Source: Vicugna vicugna
Taxonomy: Eukaryota
Assembly (NCBI GenBank): GCA_013265495.1
Contig: MU058384.1
Location: 5,762,792-5,826,791 of the forward strand
DNA length: 64,000 bases
Reading direction: 5' to 3'
Part shown: one piece after another, positions 1 through 12,903 of the stretch
Layout of the letters: each line of letters starts with the position of its first letter
Position numbering within the stretch: the first letter of the stretch is position 1
Made by a program: the position numbers and the translations under genes
The notes under the pieces: model-generated
Database searches by the model: none
What the model saw: only the letters and a program-made list of their open reading frames with translations
What the model was told of the DNA's origin: nothing

Positions 1-819
1 TCAGGTGCCTGTTGGCCATCTGCGTTTCCTTCCTGTGCTGAGTACTTTATACATGTTTAGTTCTCAGTAAAGATTTTTAATTTATCTATTAAGAAATTCT
101 ATCTTTAAAATGGACCTAAGGTGAAATGGAAGAACCCTTGACTCCATAATTAAATACATGATGAGTGAAGTCATTATAACCAATCTTTTAATTTCATACA
201 AGTCTGTTTCCCCACACCTAAACATTTTATAGAAATCTTATTCATATCTTACCTTAAAGATACAATGATGCAGCTCTAGTATATAAATGTTCTTTGATTT
301 TCTTTTCATTCATAAATGAACTACTATAGGTCAATGACTATCTCCTCAAAATTAGAGACTCACAGCTTTTGGCATGACTAAAGATTTACATCTTTGTTCC
401 AAATATATCGTTTCTAAGACCTACCCTTTTTTGTTTATAAACCTATCTCTCAACTTTCATATTTTCATTTTCCAATTAATTTGTAACATGATAAGATCTA
501 GCACAATAAAATATTTTAGAAATGTACCCACCTGCTGTTCACACACATTACAAACCGACCAAACTGATCTATTGGCTGGCAGGCAGTGACCCCGTGCAGA
601 GCTCAAAATGTTTGTTCCTCAGCTGAGCGTACAACAGTCTAAAAGCAGCACTACCACATGTGGTTGGGCAGAGTCGAATGTTGCCTTTATAGAAAAAAGT
701 GTCAGGGCAGTCTTCCAGCTGGGACAAGGGAAAGAAAACAGATCTGTGTGTTGCCTCCTATTAGACACACTTATGGTGGTAAGACGTTCTCAATTCACAG
801 AAACCTTGAGGGGTATTGT

Positions 820-932
820 CTTCTCCACATTTTTAGAAGAAAACAAATTTAGGCTCAGTGAAGTTAAAAAACTCGCCCAAGGTCATACGGTTAATAAACG
901 CAGAGTTCATCTGGGATTGGAACTCAGAAATA
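820..932 (-). mobile_element. MIR SINE fragment
   Basis: AGGCTCAGTGAAGTTAAAAAACTCGCCCAAGGTCATAC core. Confidence 0.7.
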
Positions 933-974
933 TTTAGTTTGAGAAATTGTCCTCCCACGCAGAAACAAGGTAGC

Positions 975-1285
975 CTCACCCCGTGGTATCTGTGGGGGAT
1001 TGGATCCAGGGCCCCCAGAATACTCAAATCCATGGATGCTCAATTCCTTTATATAAAACGGCACAGTATTTGCATGTAATCTATGTGGATCCTACCATGT
1101 ACTTTAAGTCATCCCCAGGTTGCTTAAAATACCAAACACAATGTAAATGCTATGGAAATAATTGCCAGCATGTGGCAAAGTTAAAATTTGCTTTTGGGAA
1201 CTTCCTGGAACTAAACAACAACAACAACAAAAAAAAACACTTCTGATACACAGATGTGAAAACCACTGATGCAGAAGGGTGACTG
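975..1285 (+). mobile_element. MER2-like (Tigger) DNA transposon fossil
   Basis: GGTATCTGTGGGGGATTGGATCCAGG...AAATCCATGGATGCTCAA...ACTTTAAGTCATC. Confidence 0.8.
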
Positions 1286-2144
1286 CTCACCAAAGCCACT
1301 CGTGCCTCCTCGAGTGACAACTATTACGGGATTTGCTGCTGACGCTGCTGCTGCTATTGTTGTTATTATTATAATTCTTATTATTTGGACGACTACACTG
1401 AGGAACTTGGGGCAGACCAGTTGCTCTGTCTCTCTACACATTAAAAAAAAAATCCTTGGCAGCTCTAAACACAAACGTTAAGTTATTGGAAGATTTGGAA
1501 GCCTTATATCAAAGATTAGCCAACTAGGCCTTTATAATATCTTTTTGACTGGTTTTTTGGCTTCAAATTTTATTTTTAGTAAATTATCAAACACACAGCA
1601 ACATGAAGTACATATGAAAGAGGAACATCGTGGCGAGAAATGAGATGTTTGACAGAAAGGGCAACCTTTAGAGACCTGTAGATGAAGAAGCACACACCAA
1701 CCACGCTACTTCTCTTCAGTTGTTCGTTCTTGGGAAAGCATTTGGCTGATGAATCATCTTAGTAATGCTTTTTAAAAAATTGGAAATGTGCTGAGTGAGC
1801 TTCAGAGCTGAGCTAGTTATGGTCAAACACATTTCCAATTTTTAGCTGACTCCGAGAGATTCTGTTTGGCCAGTTGTTGCAAATGAGATCACTTTACATG
1901 AACACTTGGAGCAAATCGTGGTGCTCTGAGCCCCCATCTGCTTGATTAGTTAGAACTGTAGTTTTTTCTTGGGGTTTGCATCCCCAAACATTTTGAAACT
2001 CCCTGGGGTCTTATGTGTGTCTGTAAATCAGTTTCCTTTGCCAACCTGTTTCGGAAATGGACAACAATTTGCTCTTTAGGAATAGACTCCTAAGGCCAGA
2101 TGCTAGTTGGGAATTTCCCAGTGTCCTCAGCTTATTAAAAAAAT

Positions 2145-2780
2145 TCTTTTAATTTACATGCAGCAAATTGCACACATCATAAGTATCCAGATTAGTAAAT
2201 AAACACCACACACACACACACACACACACATGAAATCATATTTGAAATCAAGATATACAGTGTTTTCAATGCCCCTGAAGCCTCCCTGAGCTTCTCCCAT
2301 TCCACTCACCAAAGATAATTGCAATAATGATGTCTATCACCAGAGATTTGTTGTTGCCTGTTCATGTATAGGGGAATCATATAGTAGGTGCTCTTTTCTC
2401 TTACTTCTTCCCCTCAGTATCATTTCTGAGAGGTTCATCAGTGCTGTTGTGCATAATATGATTTTACTCTTTTTTTAATTGCTGCATAGTGTTCCACTGT
2501 ATGTCTATATCACGGTTACCATTACAGTATTGATAGATATTTGTGTTGTTTCCAGTTAACAATAAAGCTTCTCTGAAAATTCTTGTACATGCCTTTGTTG
2601 TATATATGCACTCATTTTTCTTGGAAATACACTTGAGTGGAATCACTGCATGTGATACACATAGTCACATACAGTGATACCTAATATTGATTGGTTGATT
2701 GATCACTGCAATGTAAGGTTTGTGTTGGTTGCTTTGGGAGACACTGCTAGTTTCTAAGGTGATTGCACCGATTTATACAA
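2145..2780 (-). mobile_element. Old L1M (MB/ME) 3' region; contains (CA)12 at 2207-2230
   Basis: GGAATCATATAGTAGG...TTTAATTGCTGCATAGTGTTCCACTGTATG...TTGTTTCCAG...GAGTGGAAT. Confidence 0.7.
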
Positions 2781-5257
2781 TTGTCTTCATCCTGATCCTA
2801 GTTGCAGAGATTATTTGATACCACTACCTCTCTTCAGATGCTAGATACTCAAATTATCCACTTCAAAGTGAGAAGAAAATAATGCACCATCCCTGTGTGT
2901 TATGACCGGACATGGGGGCCTGTGGCCAAGCTGCCTGGGATTGCATGTTTGGGTTCTTTTAATCCAGGAGCACACAGCCATTTCCTTCCAAAAGACAGAG
3001 ATCAGCTAGATTTTAACATTGGTCAGTACCTGCAACAGCTCTTCTTGTTTCAGTCTCAAGCCTTGGTTCTGGGTCTGATTTATTGGGCCAGGCTCCTTAT
3101 TCCCCTGTAATGTGTTCCCTGTCAGGAGCCCCGTGGCTCTTTTCTGTAATCAGGGGCCACCCCAGTCCATCAGTCATGTAAGTTCTCCCTAACCCTCAAA
3201 AAGAGTTCAAGTTTCCATCACTTTTTCAGGATGGAACGTGTATAGAAAGTTGTAGATCAAAGTAGACACATGGAAAGTGAGACAGTCCATGTTCAACCTG
3301 CTAACAACAGCCAAGACCCCAAACCATCTTTCTGAGACAAGACACTCCATTTTTGGTAGCTTATAAACAAGAAGAAAATACCATTTCAAAGCTGTTAGTT
3401 GTTTTCCTGCTTCTCTACATAAGAAAGCTTGGATTTCTTGCTTTATTTTTTAAATCTCCTTTATGTTTGTTTATTTTAAGAAAAAGCAACTGAAGAGAGC
3501 CGTTGGTTATGCAGATGTAAAGAAAAAATCATTTTTGACACTGGAGGTTAGAGAGGAATTGAATAATTCAATGTACTTATGTCAAAAATGGTCCTTAGGT
3601 ATTGCTGCTTCATAGAAATTGTTTCCTTTAGAGAAAACGTTTTTTGTTTTTTTTTACTTTTTTTCCTTTGTGGAAAAAGCTTCTTCTAGAACTTTCCCAG
3701 GTGGAAGGTAAAAGAGCCCCTACCACAGAGCCGTCCCATAGAAAGTGAAGAGAGAGCAGGTCCCCGGAGCTGCACAGGGGGCCCGACCTAAGGCCTCCAG
3801 GGAAGACTCTGCTCACTTTAGGTTGTTTTTCTCAATGATCTTTTTTTTTTTTTGCCATTATTTTCAAACTGCAAGTAAATTTTGTTAAGCATCTGGTGCC
3901 GTGGGGAATGAGGCCGGGCCTGGGTACATGCTTTCTGAGTCACAGAGAGTGAGGGGAGAGGCGTGCACAGGCTGGAGTGAGCGCAGTGGTGGGAGGCAGA
4001 TGGCAAGAGGCACCTGTAACACGTTTATAGGACAAACACGGATGTATCTTTGGAGATCCTCAGCAATAACTTGGGAAAAAAGCTCAGAAACAGAACCGCC
4101 CGCTCACTCACGTTGCTGACTTGAGTTGCTGCTCTGTGGATTTTAAAGAGAACGGAAAATCCAATAGCTGGAGAGGCTTGTGTAATAGGCCCGGGGATGA
4201 TTCATCCCTCTATCTGCAAAATTATCTGAGCCCTAGGCTCCTGCCAGGCCAAAGCATCCCACTGCTTTAGAAACCTCAGCCATGTCTTCTGTGAGACTCC
4301 CTCACATCACCTAGGCTGGGTTAATCTCCAAGTGCGTGTAACTTGAAAAACATTGACTAAAACTAATTCTCCCTTTTCCCTGACTAAATTATATTCTCTT
4401 TTATTTTAATATTTAGTAAGTCTTCGATTTATGTGAAATTTATTTTTTGTGAATGGTGTAAGATAGAGATCTAACTTTTTTCCAAATGGATTGACAAATG
4501 TGGTTTTAGACTTTTTTTTTTAAATTTTTATTTTGCTTCATTTTCCCTCAAAGAAGGAAGGACTTTTCTCCTCCACTGTGGCATCAATAAATCCCAGGGA
4601 AATATTGAGCCTGGCCTGGGGAGGACCACATGCCCACATGGGTGGGCAGGAGAGCAGACTGCTGTGATTGACAGCTGCCCTGAATCACACAGAATGGGTA
4701 TTTAGGAAAAGTGCCCCAAAGGAAGAGGTGATGCTGTTCCCAGAGTAAGAGGCAGAAAATCTGGACAGATAAAATTAGCATCCCTGCCGCAGCCTCAAAC
4801 AATCTCTTTTATCCTATTGGTGCATTTCTTTCTGTTCTTTTGGTTTGCTTTGATGTAGAAGGTGATAATAGTAATCATAAGAGCTAATACAGAGCACTTC
4901 TCTGGGCAGGACTTGCTAAGTGCTTCACAGGAGCTCCTTTGAAAGATACCTTTTTGATGGAAGAAAACTTCATCAAGAATTTCGTGTACAGTTTGGAGCT
5001 GAGAGAGAAGCTTGGGTTTTAAAGCTTTCAAGTTCAATCATCCTTTTTTTCTAGTTAAAAAATATAGCAATCTAATAAGCGTAAGGTATGCTTATTGGAA
5101 AACTTAAAGGCCATGAGTCCACCCTGCTTTGAAACATATATTATTTATGGTAAACAAACATACTGGCGCTCATGTTAAAGATTTAGTAAAATTATATGTA
5201 CAGAAACTATATAATGACAGAAGAAAAGCTTAATGACGTCATACTGAAATTACCTAA

Positions 5258-5455
5258 ATGCCTGGGTTTGAATTCTGGTTCTGTCACATTGCAGCTATGA
5301 GATATTGTTACTAAATTGCTTACTCTCCTGCACTTTCCTCATTAGTTAAAATGAGGGTAATAACAGTTCTACCTCACAGAGGTGTCATGAATCTTAAATG
5401 AGGTAATAATACATGTGAAGTGCTCAGCCCTGCACCTGGCAGATAGCAAGCTCTT
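5258..5455 (+). mobile_element. MIR SINE
   Basis: CCTGGGTTTGAATTCTGGTTCTG...TTTCCTCAT...TAAAATGAGGGTAATAAC...CTACCTCACAG. Confidence 0.8.
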
Positions 5456-6861
5456 TAAAATAATTTCAGCCATTGCTGTTACCAATATCATCATCTGTGC
5501 ATCCAGAAAAGAACTATGCACGGAAAAAGGAAACGCAAAATTTGGGACTAGCCAAAGAATTCCCCCTAAAAGCAGTGAAAAAGAAATTCCAGAAATTTGT
5601 AATCATGTAAGGTAGACCTTTACTGCTTGAGAACACAAGCATCTGTTTAACAGTGAAACTAAGACTTAAAAGCCTTAAATGTAGCGACATCTGCTGGGAG
5701 AAAGGTGAATTGTTCAGCTTCTATACTATTCATATGCATCAAATTCAATAATTTATTGAACATAAATGTAACATCAGATATTTTGCAAGATTCTGGAAAC
5801 AAGGTGATTAATTCCTGTGCTCAAGAAGCTTAGAGTCTAGCAGATGAGTTATAAACTTCCTGTGCCTGAGAAGGGGGAAAAAAGACATCGTCACCGTAGA
5901 CCTTTCAATTTTTCAGAAAATGAGATCTATCACTAAGAAGAAATTAAATGGTAATATCAGGCTGATATATCATCAAATTCAAAACTGCAAACTATCAACA
6001 GTAGAGCCATAGGAGTGTTGGGATAGAGAGGATGAGATCAACTAATGGAACACTTGGAAAGCCGTTCAGAGGGGTTGGATCTGGAATTTCTTTTAATGAC
6101 AGAGGGCAGGGGGAGAAGTGATAATAAAAATAGTATTCTAGGGAAATTAACCTTCTGGCACTGGATAAAATGGGTTGGTTTGAGAGTTGGACTGAAGCAG
6201 AAAGAATGATTGGGATGCTGTAAATATTACCAGCAAGGATGACAAAAATTTGGACCGACTTGATTCCAAAGGAGGAGAATCAACAGTCACCTTGGCAAAC
6301 TGATTCTATCAGAAGTCTATTTTGTGATACATACGGAGAAAATATGTGTTTCTGTAAAAGTAAACAAGTGAGGCTGTGTGCCTATAACAAACACCTGCTC
6401 CTACCATCGATCTCAGTCATTCCTTTATGTATATCTTAGGCTGTAATGAAATCACACTTTTAAGTACTTTTATCTCCACCTATTGAAAAATTGTCCTTCT
6501 GAATATACAATGAGTTTAAGACGTTGCAATTAAATATTTTACAAAGAACAAGATGTATCTGTGTGAAGTACTGATCTCATATGAAAGACCCGTCAGAACT
6601 GAATTTTGTCCCCTATTCCCACAAATGCAATGGCCACAGTCTGCAGAAACATGAACTGAAATAATCAAGGAATGGAATTGTTCCGACTAATTCAATAGTC
6701 TGCTTAAAAAAGAAGCAAATCTTTTTTTTTGAAACTTATGTCATTGACCATTTTCCAAAAGGTATTTTTTCTAAATATGCTCTTCTGTCCTATTTATAAA
6801 GACAAGTACATTTTTATATTCCTCAATTTATGAACTCACAAAACAATAAGTTCATAATAAA

Positions 6862-6946
6862 AGTGGACCATATAACTTCTTGTCCAAATTGGGACAATCT
6901 GGGGAGTGAAAGGAGATGGGACAAATGCCAGACGGGATGGATGGTG
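6862..6946 (+). mobile_element. MER94-like hAT fragment
   Basis: GACCATATAACTTCTTGTCCAAATTGGGACA...GAGTGAAAGG. Confidence 0.5.
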
Positions 6947-7389
6947 GGAGTCCTCAGATCTGTGGACAATCGGGAGGTATGCTGGTCAGGAGCATGCGTG
7001 GAATTCGCCTGGGACCTCTGTGATTACACCCACCCTAAAGTGCCATAGTGTGTCCCACCCTCCCTTCGTTTGTCTCTCCTTCCATTCAGTTTGGCCCAGT
7101 AATCTTTTCACTGCTCTCCTCTGTCTTCCAAGTTTTGCTATAATAAACAGCTTCCTGAACTTAGGAAATCTCAAGTGAGCCATTGACCTAGTGCACATCC
7201 CCAAATCCACCTCAGCTGTGGAAGGGCAGCCTGTTCATTCCTCTGCTGCCTCAAAAAAAAAAAAAATTATGAGAGAGTCAAATGAGATGATGAGTGTGAA
7301 AGTACGTGGAAACTCTAAAACGTGACATGAATACAGACAGTGCTAAGGAAAGGCAGGAAAAACTGGACTTAGTGGGAGCAGACATTACT

Positions 7390-7525
7390 TTCTTATTTTA
7401 ATTATTTTCAGAGGGGTAACTAGGTTTATTTATTAATTCTTTTTTTTAATGGAGGCACTGGGGATTGAACCCAGGACCTTGTGAATGCTAAGCATACACT
7501 CTACCACTGAGCTACACCCTCTCCC
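7390..7525 (-). mobile_element. vic-1-type tRNA-Ala-derived SINE
   Basis: Reverse complement of the GTAGCTCAGTGGTAGAG...CTTAGCA...GGTTCAATCCCC head plus AAACCTAGTTACCCC tail region. Confidence 0.9.
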
Positions 7526-8479
7526 AGGCAATGTCTCTTGAGCGGCTGTTTGAGTGACGCAGTTTCAGCCAGTCTGTTGGGTGATGGGAGCGAGCTTCCC
7601 AGCATCACTCAAACCAAAATTCCCTGTGATACAGTTCGGAGAAGGTGTTAACTATACTCTCCCCATTCCTGAGAGACAGAGACACATTCAGGGCAGGGGC
7701 TTGTGGTGAGGACGCCTGGAGGAGTGACGGGGACAGGAAGCTCCCAGAGCAGCATCCCAGGAAGGAGAGCCTGCTGAGCACACAGCAGAGCTCGGGCCCG
7801 CCTGCCTCCTCCGCCCAGCCCAGCTCAGCTCCAGGCTGTGTCCCTGAAGGAGCAAGTGTCAGCTGCATCCTGCCCCAGCGTTTGGCTCCAGCAGTTTCTC
7901 CTCCAGAGGCAAGACTTCTCCTGCTCCTGTGGTTAACGACGACTCTGGTTTATTCGTGAATTCTGCCTCTCTTGGCTTCTGTTTAACAGCAATGCTTTGT
8001 GTGCTTCTCTTCTATGTAACTTACTGTATCCATTTCTGAAAGTCTCCCATTCAGGCACCTCAAAGGAGGGGCTCTGATTGGCTGAGACCATCACCATCAA
8101 TTGGAAACACTCTTGACACGGCAGAGCTCTGGTGCCAACCATTTTAGAGATGCTGGGCTGGCTAATAGATAGCTCTTTATGTCAGAGACTGGTTCTGGTG
8201 TAGGGATCACACAAAGCCAATGATTAACATGTTAAAAAAATCTTCAGCTCTTTGCCCTAAATGTTGTCCTGTTGGGTAGAACTTGAAATGTCTCATGTTG
8301 CATTAATTCTTTTTTCCTTTACAGCTTTACTTATAGTGCTTTATCTTATTTTTCTACACTTGTAAGACTTTCACGGTTTTAGGTCTTAGCAATTTCATAC
8401 CACGTAATTCTTAACACCTAAAATGGTCATCTTTGAATATGCCTTTTCTTTATAACACAATAACAATGATAATTCTAAT

Positions 8480-8662
8480 TGAGTTTCTACTCTGCCACAC
8501 ATTTTAACCTACATTTCTCTCTCATTTAATTGTCACAACCTCAGTACAAGGGAGGTATGATTACCTTCATTTTGCAGAAGAAGAAAGTGAGTCTTAAAGA
8601 GATCCGAGAACTTGTTCAAAGTCATAGAACTAAGATTTGAACTCAACTCTGATTCCAAAGTT
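8480..8662 (-). mobile_element. MIR SINE
   Basis: CTCATTTAATTGTCACAAC...CATTTTGCAGAAGAAGAAAGTGAG...GATTTGAACTCA. Confidence 0.7.
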
Positions 8663-9329
8663 CATCGAACTTCTTCTTTATCCCTGATTACTTTCAAATT
8701 TTTTATTCTAGCCTCTTGTGTTTATCTTTCTTTTTCTCTCTAATTGCTCCTGAGATCTGGCTTTTTATTGTTGCTGTATTATTGTATCAGAATCTATGTA
8801 GTCCTATAATTATACAGAAAAGTTCCCTGAGATCTTGACTTAGTTGAATAATGGTTAATATATAAGTTTTTGGTGTTTCATTTTTATTTCTCAATTAAAA
8901 TTTAGTGCAATAAAAATATTCAGGATCTATTTTATCTCTTTCTCTACCTCAATCTTTAATCTACTTCCTCTTAACCCTATGGAGACAGCAGGGTGGATGC
9001 TTCCAGGAAAAATTCTGTTTGAATGCTGCTGTTAGCATGTACACAGTCAATGCCAGCTTGAAACTCACTTCTCTTTGTGTCAGCAAGACTGTAAGAATCT
9101 TTGGAACTTCTGGATATTTTCCAAGTTCTGGCCATTTTGCCTGTGATTGCAATGCTACCTGGCCTAGTTGACACAGAAGAAGAGAAGGATAGTTTCATCA
9201 CAGAAGGGCCATCTTAACACTCCGTTTTATCATCTCTTCAAGAGATGCTAAGGTAGGAGACAGGGAAAGTTTAAGGTGAGAGGTGGGCTCCCCAGCTGAC
9301 AGGTATTCATTAGTTATACTTCTTTTAAG

Positions 9330-9775
9330 TATCTTTTGAAACCTAACTCAAACTGGCTCAACTTGGGGGGAAAAGAACAAAAAGAGAATTTCATGTAACT
9401 AAAAAGATCATCAGATAGGGTTCCAGCCAGAAGCTTGAAGAATGGCCCAAGACCCAATCTCTCTAACACTGAGCTCTGCTTCTGGCTGTGGGGGCTTTAC
9501 TCTGAGCAACATATCTCTGTGTGAGATGGAGATCTGGATTTAAATGCTCTGAGCTCCAGGTTCAGAGGCAGGAGAGAACTTTTCTTCCCCCAAATGCAAA
9601 CAAAAGTCTGCTTCTAATTGATCTGTGTCACTTGCATATCAATGAGCAAATTGCTGCAGCCAGAGGGCTGGAGTATTTTGATGGGCTTAAGCTGGTGCTG
9701 TTCTTCGCTCTCTTCTTGGTTTGCAGTATATTTAGAAGAGGAGCAATACGCAAAATGTGCACAATATACAAAGGC
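9330..9775 (-). mobile_element. Old MLT1 (J/K/L-like) LTR
   Basis: GAAACCTAACTCAAACTGGCT...CATGTAACT...GAGTATTTTGATGGGCTTAAGC pattern. Confidence 0.5.
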
Positions 9776-10038
9776 CAAGTGTCCATCCTGAGAGAGAACC
9801 TTGACTTAAAATCTCTTTTAAAGTTATCTCTCAGGGTGGGCACATGGCCTTTTACAGGAAGGTCACCATCATTCCCCCCGCCCCCCCCGAACAAATCTTG
9901 GAGGGAAAGTTTGGCCTGGGCTCAACAGTAGGACATGGGGGTTTGTGGCTAAGCTTTAGAAGGTCCTCTGGACCTCAGGATGCTTTGGAGACAATGCCTG
10001 AGTCAGTGGGTATGGACAAACAGCAGTACCCTAGACCT

Positions 10039-10446
10039 GGTAATGGGTTGAGTTGTTTCTTCCCTCAAATTCTATGTGTTAAAGTCCTAACACCCAGTAC
10101 CTCAGAATGTGACCTTATTTGGAAAAAGGGTCATTGTAGATGCAATTCATTAAGATGAAGTCATACTGGAGGAGGGTAGCCCCTAATGCAATACAACTGG
10201 GGTCCTTGTGAAAAGAAAAAATTTAAAAATGAATAACACATATAGGGAGATTTTATACATGTGAAGACTGGAGTTTTGCAGTCACAAGCCAAGAAACTAT
10301 AAGGCCTGGAACAGATTCTTCCCTAGAGCCTTCAGAGGGTGCATGGCCCTGCCAATCCCTTCATTCCAGACTCCTGACCTTCCTAACTGTGAGATAATAC
10401 ATTTCTGAGTCAACCAGTTTTATGGCAGCCACAGGAAACAGATACA
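10039..10446 (+). mobile_element. MLT1B-like MaLR LTR
   Basis: CCCAGTACCTCAGAATGTGACCTTATTTGGAAA...CCTTCAGAGGG...ATGGCAGCC...GATACA. Confidence 0.85.
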
Positions 10447-11221
10447 GAAGTCAAAGTCATGGCACCTCTGTGACCTGTGGGAGACTGAGATTTAGAATGA
10501 GTAGGTATCACTGCAACAGGGGATAAAGGTCCTGTGATCTAGGCAGGATTGGTGCTTAACAGATACACCATGTGACAGTAAGAAAATCTACAGGATCAGA
10601 GGGCTGACCATCTCCACCTGGTGTTTGAAAAATGGGTAGACAGCTTCTTTTATAATTAGGTAAGAGGTAAGGTGATTATCTAGGGTTATATAACAAACTG
10701 GAAAATTGCATTTCCTTATTCCTCAAAATAAGTTTTGAATATTAATATGAACCAAACACTGTTCTAGGTCCTGAGAAGGTAGTACTGAGCAAGATCGGTG
10801 AGGTTTCTGCTCTGATGGTGCTTAGGAGATGGAACTCTTTTTCCCCAATAAACTGTAGGGAGGCGTGTATTACATGGCTGCTATAAGAAGCTAGCAAGTC
10901 CAGTCATAAGACTCCGCTAATAGTGATATGAATTTGAAATTAAAATCTGATTGGAAAAACGTGAATGCTGCACAGACTGTGAGGAACAACATTGGCCATT
11001 GATGAATATATATACACAGAGCTGAGACTTTGCAAAACAATGTCCAGCACGAGAGGAGCATCCAAGAAACATTTTGAGTGTGCTATTAGGAGTTTTCTTC
11101 CTTTGGCAGAAGCCATAGCAAAATGGGCTAATATTATAGCAGAACATTTATACAGAAAATAAACGTGAATACTAAAGACCATTTAGGGGATGAAATATAA
11201 AAACAGGTGATTAAAGTTATA

Positions 11222-12005
11222 GTATACATCTATCAAAACTCATCAAATTGTTCATCTCAGATACATAAATATGTGTAGTTTACTGTACAGGAATCATACT
11301 ATTAGAGCAGGCAGATTGTTAGATATGAGCAGAGAAAGGGGGACACAGACCAAATGGCAGGAATTGGGCAGAAAAGAGGGGCACAGGCCAAATGCAGGAA
11401 ACCACACATCATATGAGCTGCAGGAATCCCTGGGCAGAGAAAGAAAAGCTGGAATCTTTGGGCGGATGAGGGGCCACAGCTTTTGGCCTGGAGACCAACA
11501 AAGAAAGGTCAGAAAAGGCAGGAATTTCCAGTGTCCGAATGTAACCTTTTACTCATTATGCCCTCATTTCAATAAAATTAGCCTTGTAGATCAGAAGTAC
11601 CCATCATGCACCGAAGCCATGACACTTCTGATCCAGACTAAATAAGGACAAAAATCCCTTCTCCCTCTGGGAAGGTGGAGTTGGGATGATAATCAGGGAA
11701 TATGACCCCAAATCCTTCCCTCCCCAATGAATATTCCGCCCATTAATTTTTACACCCTATGTAACTAACTTGCCAAAGAAACTCAGGGCAGCTGCTCACC
11801 TGAGCCTGCAAAACTCAGGGGCTCACCTGAGCCTGCCCGCTCTCACCTGAGAGTGTACTATCCATCCTTTAATAAATCCTCACTTTACCTTTTTAACCTT
11901 TAAGTCTTGTCTCTGAATTCTTTCTGGGACGGGACAAGAACCTGGAACACTGGTTGCACCTATCGGCGACAATACCATAATAAAGGTGTTAAAAGAAAAA
12001 GAAAA
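11222..12005 (+). mobile_element. Old L1M 3' end interrupted by the solo LTR
   Basis: GTATACATCTATCAAAACTCATCAAATTGT...ATAC|CATAATAAAG...AAAAGAAAAA reassembles across the LTR. Confidence 0.7.
11300..11971 (+). mobile_element. Solo ERV LTR (ERV1-like, 4-bp TSD)
   Basis: TA(TG)...CA ends; ATAC TSD (11296-11299 / 11972-11975); AATAAA at 11871; splits an old L1 3' end. Confidence 0.85.
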
Positions 12006-12317
12006 GTATGTATACTTATAAGTATACACTTAGGAAATAGGATATATGCTGGTGTCCAAATAAATGTTTCATAAGAGATAAAAAAATTAAAGTAAAGTTA
12101 TAGTAGATGTAATGAATAAAATACTTTTGAATGAGGTAATATGTACATGATGAATATTGCTTAATTGTTTTTGGTAAATAATTCCTGATGTATGGAAGTC
12201 ATATCATCCAATTGCATTTGGATTTGTGAATTACTACAGTGTAAAAATGTCTGTATTTGAACACTTGGGGAATATCCACTGGGAAACACCAGTGGATAAT
12301 AGAATTAATAATATGAT

Positions 12318-12903
12318 ATTTTGGTGTTCCCCTAATTGCTTTAAGTTCAGTGACACACTAGAAACACTCACAGGACTCAACAGCAGGTTATGTTCACAGA
12401 TAATGTTTATCACAGCAATGAATACAGAGCAAAAACAGCAGGAAAAAAGCGCACTGGTAGAATAGTTAGGCTGGGGGGGCTTCTGACTTTTTCCTCATCT
12501 AAGATCACACACGATGTGCTTTCTCTCTGGTGAACTGTAGTGACACGTGGGCAGTGTCTACACCCAGGAAAGCCCCTTCATGTCTCAGGGGCTGAGGCTT
12601 TTATGGGGTTCTGCTCACTTTGGCATATTCTACTGTTCAACCAGCCATGGTAACTGAAACTCAGAACCCCAAGAGTGAAAACAGCCACACCTTATCAACC
12701 TTGATGTTTGTGCAAAGCAACCTGACAAGCTGGTACAGTGCGATCCATTGATCCAGGTGAGGACAACAAAACATCAATTGCTGACATAAATAACATCCTG
12801 AGGGCGACGTGCCTAGCGGTTGGCCAAGGGTCAATCACAGTTTCAGGTTCCCTTGAAGGCATGCAAAATGTAAGCAACAAGATCTGTGTTAACCTGTTCA
12901 TCA
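12318..12903 (-). mobile_element. Old LTR, MER21/MER68/MER77-like
   Basis: CTCACAGGACTCAACAGC...TTTATCACAGCAATGAATACAGAGCAAAAACAGCAGG resembles the recalled MER21-group consensus in antisense. Confidence 0.6.
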
